Source of the DNA: Eledone cirrhosa
Taxonomy: Eukaryota
Assembly: GCA_964016885.1 (NCBI GenBank)
Contig: OZ024740.1
Coordinates: 381,114,001-381,178,000 of the forward strand
Direction: 5' to 3'
Length of the DNA stretch: 64,000 nt
Made by a program: the position numbers and the translations under genes. Shown in pieces: positions 27,925 to 40,400 of this stretch. Positions within the stretch are counted from its first letter, which is position 1, and each line of letters starts with the position of its first letter. Below the pieces are notes generated by a model. That model did not search any database. It was not told the DNA's origin and saw only the letters and a list, made by a program, of their open reading frames with translations.

Positions 27925-28458
27925 TGGATGACGCATCCATAATAATAATAATAATAAATAGCTGAATTTCATCAAATAAAAGTAAAACATAAAATAAAAA
28001 AGAGTAAAACCAGTTGAGCAAAACAGGTTTAGGACTTATGGAGGTAATTGTTAATTAGACACTGAAGGCCCTTATTCTTTCCAGACATATGTTTCTATAA
28101 ATTGAACTAAATCTGAGAAACCGCTGCTTATAAAACTGATACTTTGAATTATTCCTATTTATATTTATGTATCTTTACCGTATACAGCATACGGTTATTT
28201 TCTTTCCCAAAGTGTTTCTTTGTAGTAATTCTACTATATAAGGTCACCTAAACTGATCGTTTTTTTCTTTTTTTATAACATTGTTGTAGTTTTTAGAGTT
28301 GCTTTGTTTATGTTGCATGGATTCTTAATTTAACCCAGAAAACGATAAATTTGCAGAAATTGAAGCACACCGGTCTAAGGATTTTTCACTGTTTACTTTA
28401 ATTCTTTTGCTTTCTGAGTTCAAAAGATGCCAGAGGCTGAACAAATAAATACTAGTTA

Positions 28459-28752
28459 GGTAAAGGTAAAGTTCTGTTAACTCCTGATGGTGTCGTAGGT
28501 GCGCCGTCCTGACACACTGTGTGTCTTGGACATTTTAACTTGAAGTCCATCGCTCTCCAGATCGTAACAAAGCTGATTTCTTCCAGTCAAAGAATCCACT
28601 CTCAGTACAGGCACTTTATTTATCAATCAAGAAAGGGTGAAATACAAAGCGAACATCTGCGGGATTTGAACTCAAAACACAACGCAAAGAGCTGTAATAA
28701 ATATGGAAACATCTTTTGTCCCACACACTAACGAATTTACCAATTCGCTGCC
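28459..28752 (-). mobile_element. Older SINE with family-A-like head/core but a different 3' tail ending (TTTACC)n; 13-bp TSD
   Basis: TSD taaatactagtta at 28446-28458 and 28753-28765; B-box reverse complement gggatttgaactc; tail shared with the units at 48544-49290. Confidence 0.7.
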
Positions 28753-28830
28753 TAAATACTAGTTACTGAATCGTAATGTCCGCATAACAAAAGAAAAGAA
28801 ACAAAAACTCAGCTCTTTGTCCGGGGTAAA

Positions 28831-28913
28831 TATTGGGTCGTCAAGTATGAAATTTGTAGAAAATTGTAGAAAAAGAACCAATTTCTACAAATTTCATACT
28901 TAACGACCCAATA
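28831..28913. mobile_element. Ultra-short mariner-like TIR-only element
   Basis: 32-bp inverted repeat tattgggtcgtcaagtatgaaatttgtagaaa with 1 mismatch and a 19-nt spacer; TA ends. Confidence 0.7.
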
Positions 28914-29734
28914 TATATATGGATATAGCCGCGAATCAAATTTATCCCGGAAATACGTGAAACCAGAAAAAAAAGAAGAAAATGAATGTAAAACAAAAAT
29001 ATATTTTTTTATTTCAGCACATCACATAACGAGTACTGTCTATAGTGTTTACGACACACAGATGTTGAAATGAAAACAAACGTATATTCAAAGTGAACAT
29101 CTACTGAACTCCAGTGGTATAACCAAACCCACTACACCATTTTCACAGTAGCGCCAGGAAAGTGTCGACATATGTCTATAGCATCGGGTTAAAACCATCT
29201 GCTCCAATGATAATGCGTATAAACAAAAACGTATTCTACCTGAAAAGGTTTCTTTCCGAAAAATAAATATATACTGCAAGGACTGATACCCGTGACCTCT
29301 CACAAAGATAAAGTGAAGATAAAACTGAAATTCACTTCGACTCTGTAGAGATAAATTTACAACATATTTGTGGTCACTTTAACATCAGAATAGGATTAAG
29401 TAGTAACACTATACTCTCTAGTTGTTTCATCAGAAGTAAACCGATCCAAGAGATGAAAAACCCAAAAATTGCGCGCGCGCGTTCACGTTATATATATATA
29501 TATATATACAGTATATATATATATATTTAATATACAAATTGCTTCTATAGGACTAGAACTGTTTCATTCAGAGGAAATAATCAGGAAAGCTTTCCTGAAG
29601 ACATTTCTATATTAAGTATTTATACTCTGCTATATATTGAGTACCTTACTTACTGTGGTTACTCCCGATTGAACCCGACACACACACACACACACACACA
29701 CAGACACAGACACAGAGAGAGAGAGAGACAGAAA

Positions 29735-31540
29735 TTGTATATGTATGATGGCCACAAACTCGTGTTCGAGCATTACCATCGTCTGATAAAATGCTAAAAA
29801 ATGTGAGGCACGAATGCGGCTCTTCAAACCAGCCAAAGACTTGCACCCTCTGGCACATACATGGCAACTGTAGACTCTAGTGGGACTTTCCACTGCTTGG
29901 TTCTGACTGTGTGTTGTCATATGTCTTTTAAGATCCCCCATGCTTGCACATTCCTTGCCACATTCCCTCACCTTTTCAGATCATGCTCTTCATAATCTAC
30001 ATGAGGTCTACTGATATGACTTTGTTCATGTCTTATCAAACCAGCTTTTCTCAGTCAGAATCGAACACAGTGCTGGCAAATCAGATGCTGCTCAACAGCA
30101 GGCAGTTCAGAACAATCCTTTTGCTCACCTTCCTTTCAGTGTTTGGTGTTCCCTTCGATGGGTTTCAAAGTGATCACTTCCTCACTTGATCAAACGTCTC
30201 TACTTCACACGCTCCTCAGCCATTTTCTCCCATTCGTCAGATGAAATTAAAGCGCAAGCCAAGGTGCCCCTGACACAGTCCCGGTAGCGCATTTTTGGCT
30301 TGTGTGGTGGTTGTCTTCCTTCGCACAGTTCACCGTAGAGACCTTGCTTTGGAATACGATCATCAGACATCCGGACCACGTGACTGCACCACCTCAACCA
30401 ATGCCGAAAGATCATGCTCTCTATACTCATACACCTGCTCCGTTCTAGAACTTCCAAATCGCTGACGAGCATTTTCCATCGCACCCCAAGTATCTTACGA
30501 AGAGATTGTTGGTGAATCCTCTCCAGTTGTTTGAGGTGTTTTCTGTATGTGACCCACGTTTCAGAAGCATAAAGCAAAGAGGAGACGACACAAGTCAGAT
30601 ACACTTTTACCTTGGTTTCAATGATGATACCTCCTCTAAACCATAAACGTTCATTCAGTCGTCCAAAAGCATCTCTGGCTTTCTGGATTCTTAAGGATAT
30701 CTCATCATCAAGTGTGCATGAATTGTTCAATGTACTACCAAGGTAAACAAACTTGTCAGCAACCTTTAGCCTCTTTCCGTACACACACGTGGTGTAGTGT
30801 ATTCTTTACTAGGTGCTGGCTGGTAAATCACAACAGTCTTTTCCAAGCTTATTGTGAGTCCCAAAGCGCTGCAAGCTTCAGAAAAAGAGTTCATAATATG
30901 CTACATGTCACTTTGTGAGTGTGCTAAACGATCGCAGTCATCTGCATACAAAATCTCCCGGATTATAGATGTTAATACTTTAGTGCTTGCACCAAATCAT
31001 ATGATGTTGAACAATCTTCCTGAAGTGCGATATCTGAGTTAAATTCCATGCGAACAATTTTTTTCTTTTTAATGCCATGAGAAACACTATCGTAAAATAT
31101 AAGGCAAAAAAAACATTGGAGCCGGAATGTCCCCTTGCTTCACACCAATTTCAACTGGTATGGGTTCAGAGATGCTACCACCAATACTAACCCAAACCTT
31201 CATGTCATCATGAAAAAGACACAGAACTTTCACAAACTTTTGAGAACAGCCAAGCTTTTCCAAAATTTCCCTCAACGTAGTTCGATTGACGGTGTCAAAG
31301 GCCTTTGTCAAGTCAACAAAAACCTGGTAAAGGTCCATACATTGTTCGATACACTTTTCTTGCAGCTGCCAAGCAGAAAAGATTATATCCACTGTTCCTC
31401 TTTCGTTTCTGAACCCACACTGCGACTCAGGTAACACATTCAAAGCATCCTTTGAGATCAATCTATCTATCAAAATTCGATAGAGGACTTTACCAACTAC
31501 TGAAAAAAAGTGATATGGCACGACAATTGTCACATTTGTC
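29735..31540 (-). mobile_element. RTE-clade LINE (BovB/AviRTE-like), 5'-truncated and disrupted
   Basis: LPESQCGFR, FVDLTKAFDTVNR, GVKQGD, ILYAD motif (~30940-30960), FVYLGS, LLYASETW, LRWCSHVVRM..RIPKQ.LYGEL; C-terminal C2H2 fingers. Confidence 0.93.
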
Positions 31541-31739
31541 CCTCCCCCTCTGTCTCACATAAAGTAAGAAAGTGAGATGATCTTTAATGGTTAGAATCAT
31601 AGAACATCGAAAACTTTAATCAAATATAAAACAACCAAGTGAGAAATGATAGAATATATAAAGAGTGAAAATATAAGATGCTTTCACCATAGACTGGAAT
31701 GGAACTCTGACGGTGTCGACCATGAGTGTTCCAATTTTC

Positions 31740-32030
31740 CAATCATTGGAACAACTTTCTCATGAAATTAATATGTAATTGGCTGAACATTCCTCAGACA
31801 TGTGTACCTTTAATGTAATTCCCCGGAAGATTCAACGTGACAACGTTTCTAATTAAACTGGCCCTTTAAATTACTGGTACAGTCCACCCGGTTGTCGTCT
31901 ACCCATTTTCACTCCCAAGGCATGGGTCAACTCGAGGTTTTGATTAATAACACTTGTTCAAGATAGCAGATGGTTGGATCAACCCGGAACCTAATGATTA
32001 CGTAGCGAATTCCTTAACCATTCATTCATG
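31740..32030 (-). mobile_element. Second tRNA-derived SINE family (B), diverged; relatives at 41385-41720(+), 22000-22112/22736-23040(-), 51350-51550(+)
   Basis: Shared blocks (gagaattacattaaagggtacac-like, ccagttcgatc/ggaacac-like) and a tRNA-like head with B-box at 41385-41440. Confidence 0.55.
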
Positions 32031-32442
32031 CAGCGACTACATATAGATAAGTAACTATAGTAGAAATTACAGGAACTCAAAACAGTAATGCATATAAATC
32101 TTACTAAGGAGTTGGTCTGTAAACCTAGTACTTGGGTTCCGTATGCTATATATACGAGGGTCGAGTTAAATGCTAATTGGCTGACCAAAATACTCTCATG
32201 GAATGACCAAATGAAAGAAACAATGCAGATTTTAATAAGAAGGGCTGAAATTAATGCATGTGCAAGATTTCACAGCTCGCTCTAGCATCACCCCATCATG
32301 AACTTTCAACCCACCCTCATATATATATAAAGAGATATATATACAGGGAGTGTAACGCCGAGTTACTGTAGATTCACCCGGATGAGCACTCGATCTTTAG
32401 GTTCACGCCAGTGGCGAGGTGTAAAGCTAAACAGAATGTAAT

Positions 32443-32618
32443 ATAATAATTGTTTCTACTTTTGGCACAAGGCCAACAATTACCCAGTGCATTACTGGTA
32501 CTTTATTTTATCGACCCCGTAAGGATGAAAGGCAAAGTTAATCTCAGCGGGATTTGAACTCAGAATGCGTCAAAGCATGGCGTCCGAACCTCTACCGATA
32601 CTGCCAATCTACCGCCCT
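32443..32618 (-). mobile_element. SINE family A copy (internal deletion)
   Basis: Reverse-complement match to family A. Confidence 0.9.
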
Positions 32619-32818
32619 ATGTATATAAAAATACAAGGGCGTATGGTTACTCCTTCATTACGTTTATTGGTTGGTGACGCGCTTTTCGAGACTGATCAGC
32701 TCAAGTTTCGATCTGCATCGATCTAGCCCGACTCTGGAATCAAAAGCTCGTCGGACCGTTGTTGTAGTGATGACAGAATATATGTATGTATATATATATA
32801 TATATATATGTACACACA

Positions 32819-32912
32819 CAGGGTGTCCCAAAATATATACACACTGATTACTTGTACAGGCAATATTTATTAGAATGTTGTTGAAGTGTGTATACATTTT
32901 GGAGGACACCCT
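32819..32912. mobile_element. ~95-bp Tc1-type MITE
   Basis: TIRs cagggtgtcccaaaatatatacacact / agtgtgtatacattttggaggacaccct. Confidence 0.7.
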
Positions 32913-34019
32913 TTATATATGCATACATATACCTGTGTGTGTGTTTGTGTTTCCCACGAAGTATCATCAGAGATTATGAAGTATGATTGTTATTAGCGTT
33001 ATTATGGGTTTTATTTGTTTGCTGTTCAAAGGTAGAAGCAATGCAATACTACGAATTTGTGTAGTAATTGTATTATTGTAGTTAAAGGAAGCCAGCTCAG
33101 CATGTCCTCAGTAGCGTATCTCGGGGAGGAGGCAGAGTCCCAGCCCAATTCTGCAGCAGACCAAAAATTGGTCCGCTGCATTTAAAAAATAAGGGTGGGG
33201 GTACTCAAGGACCGTCTCTGTGGCAAAACACTAACGACGCTGCTGCATATTACTCATATGTCACAAATGAAAATTAATCTGAATTCCCTTTAAATTCCTA
33301 TATATTTGTACAGCTTGCCTCTGACTTAAAGAGATTGGTTGGTATTTGATGTTAAATAAAAGTTCACGAATTGCCAACTGATGATGAACGGAAACTAAGA
33401 CATTCGAAACTGTTTTACGAGAAAAATTAGAAAAAATAACAATGCAAAGATTACATTAACAAACCGATATTTTCTCAATCGATACTAACAATAGCTCATC
33501 TAAAATATTTAGGCGTACCTAAATACATTGAGATATAATTCAATTGAATAACCTTTACTTACTCAGAAAAATAGGCATCTTATCCATTCAAATCGTATGA
33601 ATAAGATATCAGGTGCAATAAAAATGGCTGATGTTTTAAGCCGTTGTCGTTTAAAATATTTCTTGATCCATCTTTTAAATTCATTTCATGCTGGGGTGAA
33701 TTTTGCCTTTCATTGTTCTTCTTTCTGCTCTCTTTTTTTTTCCATTTGAATAACATAACACGATAGTATGGATAGGTTGCATAACATTTTACTTTGTAGG
33801 TGGATCAAAAGGACTATTAACATATACACCTGTCGAGAGATATTTTAACAGTAAAGAAATATTTTAAATACTATCAGCGTAAAAACAAGTTTGTAGGTAA
33901 AATATAAAGCTGCCGAGATATAGCTCCAAATTATATTAGGATTCATTCTTTTCTCTGTTATTTTCCAACCAGAAATAAAAATATATTGTATATCTATACG
34001 AGATATGATTATTATTGGA

Positions 34020-34238
34020 CAGATTTTACGGGTAAAACAAACCAGGGGTAGACCCCAAGCAAGGTGGTTGGATAACATCCACGAGCTCGGCTATTGTCGC
34101 TTGGGGCCCAGTTGGATCAATTGAAGATAGTTGCTTTTGATAGGACCCCTTGGAAGGTGTGCTAGAGGACTCTTCCCCCACGACCCACCCAGGAATAAGT
34201 GGGCGAAGAAGGCGCAGAAGAAGACGAAGAAGAAGAAA
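34020..34238 (+). mobile_element. RTE (Rex3/Expander-like) LINE 3' end with (GAA)n tail; relatives at 49765-49930(-), 51770-52070(+), 60870-61310(+)
   Basis: GRPQARWLDNIHELG and shared gaggactct...ccccacgacc...caggaataagtgggcgaagaag end. Confidence 0.8.
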
Positions 34239-34269
34239 TGATTATTTACACTTATCGTAAAATGTTCTT

Positions 34270-34625
34270 GTGGATTGGCAGTATCGGTAGAGAGCCGGAC
34301 GCCATGCTTTGCAGCAAAGAATTACGGCCCTTTACGATCTGAGTTTAAATCCCACCGAGGTTAACTTTGCCTTTCATCCTTACGGGGTCGATAAAATAAA
34401 CTACCAGTAATGCACTGGGATAATTACTGGCCTTGTGCCAAAAGTAGAAACAATTATTAGGAGCAGTGGATTGGCAGTATCGGTAGAGATCGAACAACAT
34501 GCTTTGCGGCATATAGCTACGTCCCTTTACGTTCTGAGTTAAAATCCAGCCGAGTTTAGCTTTGCCTTTCATCCTTACGGAGTCGATAATATAAAGTACC
34601 AATCAAGTACTGAAGTCGATATAAC
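34270..34625 (+). mobile_element. Two tandem SINE A copies
   Basis: Matches at 34270-34460 and 34461-34625. Confidence 0.9.
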
Positions 34626-34869
34626 CCCCCCCCCCCCCCACACACACACACGCAAAAATATATATACAAAGCTATTTCTTGTAGGTCGGTTCTAATGTCA
34701 TTAATTTATTGTTTCTAATATAAGCCCAAGGCCAGCTATTTGGAGTGGGGAGAAATTCCATTATATCGACAGCAGTAATTTAATGATACGTCATTTATCG
34801 ATCCCGGAAGGATGAAAGGGAAAACAAACCCCTACTGGATTTGAGCTACAGAGAGACTGAATTTCACGA

Positions 34870-35850
34870 CGCCGTACTGTGACTCGGCCACTGCCGGAAG
34901 ACACTGTCTACATTTTCGGTTCTCCAATCCTCCCGAAAGCCATATGAGAATGCCTGGAATCCAAGCATCCAAACATTTCGAGGATGATGGAGAGATTGTG
35001 CTTCAGTGACGCACACCCAGCACACTTCCTTCTGAGGAACTGCTTCTTCCTATCCTACCCAAACTCTTCTTCACGCTGTAAGGAGCGCCTTGTCACCCTT
35101 GCAGATATCGCTTATCGAATTCGATGCCACCACCCTTCGCTGTGCAGAACTCAACTGCAATGTTACTTTTGACAGCATCAGCAGGAAACAGGCGAAACTC
35201 CCTCTGAAATTCGGTAGCTTCGGCCTCCAATCCACTTTTGACTGTGCATTGCCGGTCTATCTCATCTCAATCTCCTTCAGCCACATTCACATTTATGTGA
35301 ATGTGGCTGAAGGAGGTCTTTCACACACGGCAGAACCTGACGTTCCCCAGGAACTGGAGTCAAAACTGGCCGATTCGACCGACGAAGGCTTTGCTGTTCC
35401 CCAGATTACAGATGCCTAATGTAACTGGGACGAAATCAAATGCAGGACTACATTCGGGCAGACTGAGTTTTCCATGGATCAACATCGTCTCACTTGTCTC
35501 CGATTCGCCTTGCAGCCAAACAGCGGTGTGTGGCTTAATTTGGTGTCCTCCTCATCAACTAGTACCCTTCTTGATGATGAGTCCACTCGCATCGGAGTGC
35601 CCTAGCGCCTCGGCCTTCGTGTCATTGACGGACCACTCCATTTTTGCAGTGATAGTCGTCGAAACCTCAGGTGTCCTCGGCCCCGCACTGCCGATTTCTT
35701 TGTAAAATAGGAAAGACAGCAGCCCGCCTGAGGAAAGAGTCACATGAGATGGAGTGGCTGTTGCAATGTGTGTCGTTGGCCATTCTCTGCGGAAACACTT
35801 TTGACATTTCCTCAACGGAGCGCAGCTGAGACACCGCTCTGTCTGGGGTA
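34870..35850 (+). mobile_element. CRE-clade-like (RLE-type) non-LTR retrotransposon relic
   Basis: KQAKLPLKFGSFGLQSTFDCALPVYLIS (cf. QAxLPxxxGGLG) and WLNLVSSSSTSTLLDDESTRIGVP*RLGL. Confidence 0.7.
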
Positions 35851-36071
35851 TAGAATCTGTCGTTCCCTCACCCTCTCCCTTTTTTTTTCGTTGCTTAATA
35901 CCTTTTTTTCTTGCACTTTTCCTTATTTTTTTCTTTTTGTTTCCTTATTGCCATGTATATTGAACAGTTTTTTTTTTCACTACTGGATGTTTTGTATTAA
36001 AAGGATGAATTGTTTTTCGGTTGTAAACCTTGTTATAGTCTTCATAACGCACGCACACACATACACGCACA

Positions 36072-36073
<2 letters not shown>

Positions 36074-36165
<92 letters not shown>
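36074..36165. repeat. (CA)n microsatellite
   Basis: Direct reading. Confidence 0.97.
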
Positions 36166-36166
<1 letters not shown>

Positions 36167-36642
36167 CCACAAACAGACAAACACATACACACACTCTCTC
36201 TCTTTCTTTCTCATACAGACTATTAATTTGATAGAACAATAAATGGTTTTAATAAGACCTTATTTCAGGCGTGTTGAATTTTTGGGTCACTTCCACCACC
36301 GCTGCCTTCATCACCACCACCTCCATCTCCATCAAATTGGTTTATTTCGTGCTGAATCAGAGCTGAACGGAGCTACCGCACAACTCGTTTTACAACTAAT
36401 TGCCCTCTTTCCTTCCACTCCCAAACGACTGTTACCCATTTACCCTACACACGGTTAAATATTTTGTCACGGAGTCCATCTGTGCCTGCCTGTAAGGAGT
36501 TAAATTCACGGAGCATGATTGGGAGTGCTTCAAGTAGCAGTCTTCTACTTACGTTAATAGTTATGAAGCTGCTGTTTGTTTCACATAAGAGAAAGATGAT
36601 ATATTTATTGGTGGTTTCTTTTAGGCTAAGTACAACTGCTGT

Positions 36643-36987
36643 TTGGCAGTATCGGTAGAAGATCGGGCGCCTTACTTTGCAGCAAAGAGTTACGGCCCTT
36701 TATGATCTGAGTTCAAATCCCGCCGAGGTTAACTTTGTCTTTCATCCTTACGGGGTCGATAAAATAAAGTACCAGTAATACACTGGGATATTTGGTGGCC
36801 TTGTGCCAAAAGTAGAAACAATTATTATAAAGATATTGCAGCATAGATTTACGACCCTTTACGGTCTGCGTTCAAATCCTACCGAGGTTAACTTTGCCTT
36901 TCATCCTTACGGGGTCGATAAAATAAAGCACCAATAATGCATTGGGATAATTGCTGGCCTTGTGCCAAAAGTAGAAATAATTATTAT
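36643..36987 (+). mobile_element. Tandem SINE A pair (second copy 5'-truncated)
   Basis: Both copies are followed by attattataaagatatt. Confidence 0.9.
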
Positions 36988-37849
36988 AAAGATATTTTAC
37001 AGCATCTGTATAGTCAAGTAATGCTGTACTGTTCGTCAAAACGTTAGTCGTTTACTTCAGTTCATCCTGATATATGCAGTTTCTATTTTAGTCTAATTTA
37101 TAGTCGTCAGATCAAACCGAGGGAACAATGTTTGTATTGGTCTTTCCATTGCTGATACTTTCTGTCGGTCGCAAATTCTGGCATAAAGGAGCGAAAATTT
37201 AACTCAGAATGCACTGAGCCGCATCAGATTAACAATTCCACCATTCTACTGTCCCTGGATTTGAACGTTTCTTATCGACTCTGAAAGGATGATAGTTGAC
37301 CTTGACGGGGTTTGAACTCAGAGCGCAGTAAGCCGGAAAAAATACCGAGGCATTTAACGACTCTAAGGACACTATCAATTTGCCATTTAACAAGGTAGGG
37401 CTTTGACGTTTATGCCATTCTCAAGATTATTAGAATCATTATCAATGTACATCTCCTGTATGTTAATAAGAATGGGAAAGGCATGAACTGGGAAGTAAAA
37501 AAAACAACTATTTTCTGTCTCTCATGAACATAAGTATCTCTGGGAAAGTTGTGGATGATGCGGGAAAAATTTAGAATTGTAATATATGGCGGTGTCGGTC
37601 TCGAAAAAGTTGTTTGATTAACTGAAATTAATATGTAAGTGGCTGAATACACCACAGATACGTGACAACTCCTATAATGATATACTAAACCTTTGAATTC
37701 TATGAACGATCCAAAGAAAAATTGCCCACGAAAGAATGAAAACTGACCCAGGCAGGATTTGAACACAAAACGCAGTGCGTCGAAACAAAAGCCGACGATT
37801 AAACGATTTTGCCTGTTCGATACTGCCAATACGTTGCTTACACTCATCT

Positions 37850-37909
37850 CTCTCTCTCTCCTCTCTCTCTCACACACATATATATATTATATATATATAT
37901 ATTATATAT

Positions 37910-37973
<64 letters not shown>

Positions 37974-38025
37974 ATGTATATATATATGTGTGTATGTGTG
38001 TGTGCGTGTGTATATATATATATAA
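37850..38025. repeat. Compound TC/CA/TA/TG microsatellite
   Basis: Direct reading. Confidence 0.95.
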
Positions 38026-38244
38026 TATATACAAATTTAAATGATATATCAAATAATCTTTTTCATATATCGAGTTGAGAAACAAAACTAGAATTATATA
38101 TATAAAATAACATATGTAATCACTTAAATTACAAATTCTCATACAGCCGGAATACGAAGTTTATAATCTATTTTAATGATTGGTATCAATCACCAATTAT
38201 CGATTTTTTAAAATAAACACCACAGGAAATTTTCCAATCATCAG

Positions 38245-38385
38245 TGAGTTTGGGGTCTTCCCTATATAAGTCTCACATTGTACCCTAAACTAGCAATCCG
38301 TCAACACATGGCGCTAAAAATAAAAGCACATGGTGCCTAAAATTACGTCTTACAGAAGGGCACATATTTTACAAGATTGGTCATA
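38245..38385 (-). mobile_element. Possible Penelope-like GIY-YIG relic
   Basis: Minus strand reads QSCKICALL ... CETYIGKTPNSL. Short and degenerate. Confidence 0.3.
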
Positions 38386-39219
38386 AAGAGCGCTAAAGAT
38401 AGCAGCCAAAACAAGTCCCAATATTGTAGCTCCACAAATGTAAAATCTGGAGTAGTTATACACTATAAATTGGTTTAATCCATATATATATATATAACGT
38501 ATATTGATTATGTTACTCAACATAGAAAGCTCAATGAACATTAAGCGCGGAGCATATTTTTTACAAATTTAAAAGCTATATCAATAAATATTTTTCATAT
38601 CTCAAGTTGAGATATAACAACCAGAATTATGTACTGTACATATACATATATATAGATATAGATATAGATCAACGTTTGTGTGTGTCTGCACGCGTGTGTG
38701 TTTGCTTTATTTTCGGGTGGCGTGCTATTAAGTGTAGACAGCCTAGGTCACTGCTGGTCGAAATATTTCTTAGGAATTCTGAAGCGTACACATATATATG
38801 TATATATGTATACATTCCTTTTAACTAACACTTTCAACAACCTTGGCACCTCCATCACTACTAACCCCACCACCACCACCATCATTATCCTTGCTACTAG
38901 CACTCCACTTTCATTACCAATTGCTCTGCCGTCACAACTTCTTAGATTCTTACTATCCCCCTATTTTTCATTCCTACCAAAATACAACATTTTTGTCCCT
39001 TTACCTCTCCCTACCTAATCTTCGACTCCCATTCCTACATCTTCTCCAAATGACTTCCTTCTGTCTATTTACCACTTCCTTCACAGTTAACCATTATACT
39101 TCTTCTACCACCTATAGCTTTCTGTCACCGTAACCATATTGCTGACTCTTATTTCCACATATCTCTCTATAACAGTGGGTGAACATTTTCAATTTGAAGC
39201 GATATATTTAACATCATGA

Positions 39220-40400
39220 TAATAATTGTTTCTACTTTTGGCACAAGGCCAGCAAACACCCAGTACATTACTGGTACTTTATTTTATCAAGCGTCATAAT
39301 AATGATGATTTCTAATTTAAACACTAGGCCAGTAATTTATGGAGAGGAGAAAGTCGATTGTATTGATCCCAGGACTATACTGCTACTTTATCTTATCAAT
39401 ACTCACGAGGATAAAAACCAAAATTACCTCGGTGGGATTTGAACTCAGAACGTAAAGGACCGTAACTAAATGGCGTAAATCATTTTGTCCGACGCTCTGA
39501 CTAGTTTGCCAATCAGCCACACTTGGTATAAAAAAAATAATTATAATAATTGTTTCTACTTTAGGCACAAGGCCAGCAATTACCAGTGTATTACTGGTAC
39601 TTTATTTTATCGACCCCGTAAGGATGAAAGGCAAAGTTAACCTCGGCGGGATTTGAACTTAGAATGGCAAGGGCCGTAACTCTATGCGTCAAAGGATGGC
39701 GTCCGACCCTCTACCGATACTGCCAATCCACCGCCCCAAAAATAATTATAATAATGGAGACTATCGGAAGCACAATCGTTAGAGGGTTGGGCGCCATGCT
39801 TTGACTCATAGAGTTACGGCCCTTGCCATTCTGAGTTCAAATCCCGCCGAGGTTAAATTTGCCTGTTATCCTTACGGGGGTCGACAAAATAAAGTACCAG
39901 TAATATACTAGGTAATTGCTGGCCTTGTGCCAAAAGTAGAAACAATTATTTATTGGAATTATTTCAAGTAGAAACAATTATTTATTGGAATGGCGGTAGA
40001 TTGGCAGTATCGGTAGAGGATCAGTCGCCATGCTTTGACGCATAGAGTTACGGCCCTTGCCATTCTGAGTTCAAATCCTGCCGAGGTTAACTTTGCCTAT
40101 CATCCTTACGGGGTCGATAAAATAAAGCACCAGTAATACACTGAGATAATTTCTGGCCTTGTGCCAAAAGTAGAAACAATTATTTATTGGATCGGTGAAT
40201 TGGCATTATTTATTGGGTGGTGAATTGGCAGTATCAGTAGAGAGTCGGACGCCATGTTTTCTAGTTACGTCCCTTTACAGTCTGAGTTCAAATCCCGTTG
40301 AGGTTAACGTTGCTTTTCATCTTTCCGGGGTCGATAAAATAAAGTACCTGTAATGTACTGGATAATTGCTGGCCTTGTGCCAAAAGTAGAAACAATTATT
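39220..40400. mobile_element. Cluster of six SINE A-type copies (three minus, then three plus)
   Basis: 39220-39290(-), 39300-39520(-), 39543-39737(-), 39770-39950(+), 39991-40185(+), 40215-40400(+). Confidence 0.9.

Noticed and set aside
32950-32970. Minus-strand CTGATGA..GAAAC
   Set aside because: No closing G-C pair in stem II and no stem III; adjacent to (TG)n.
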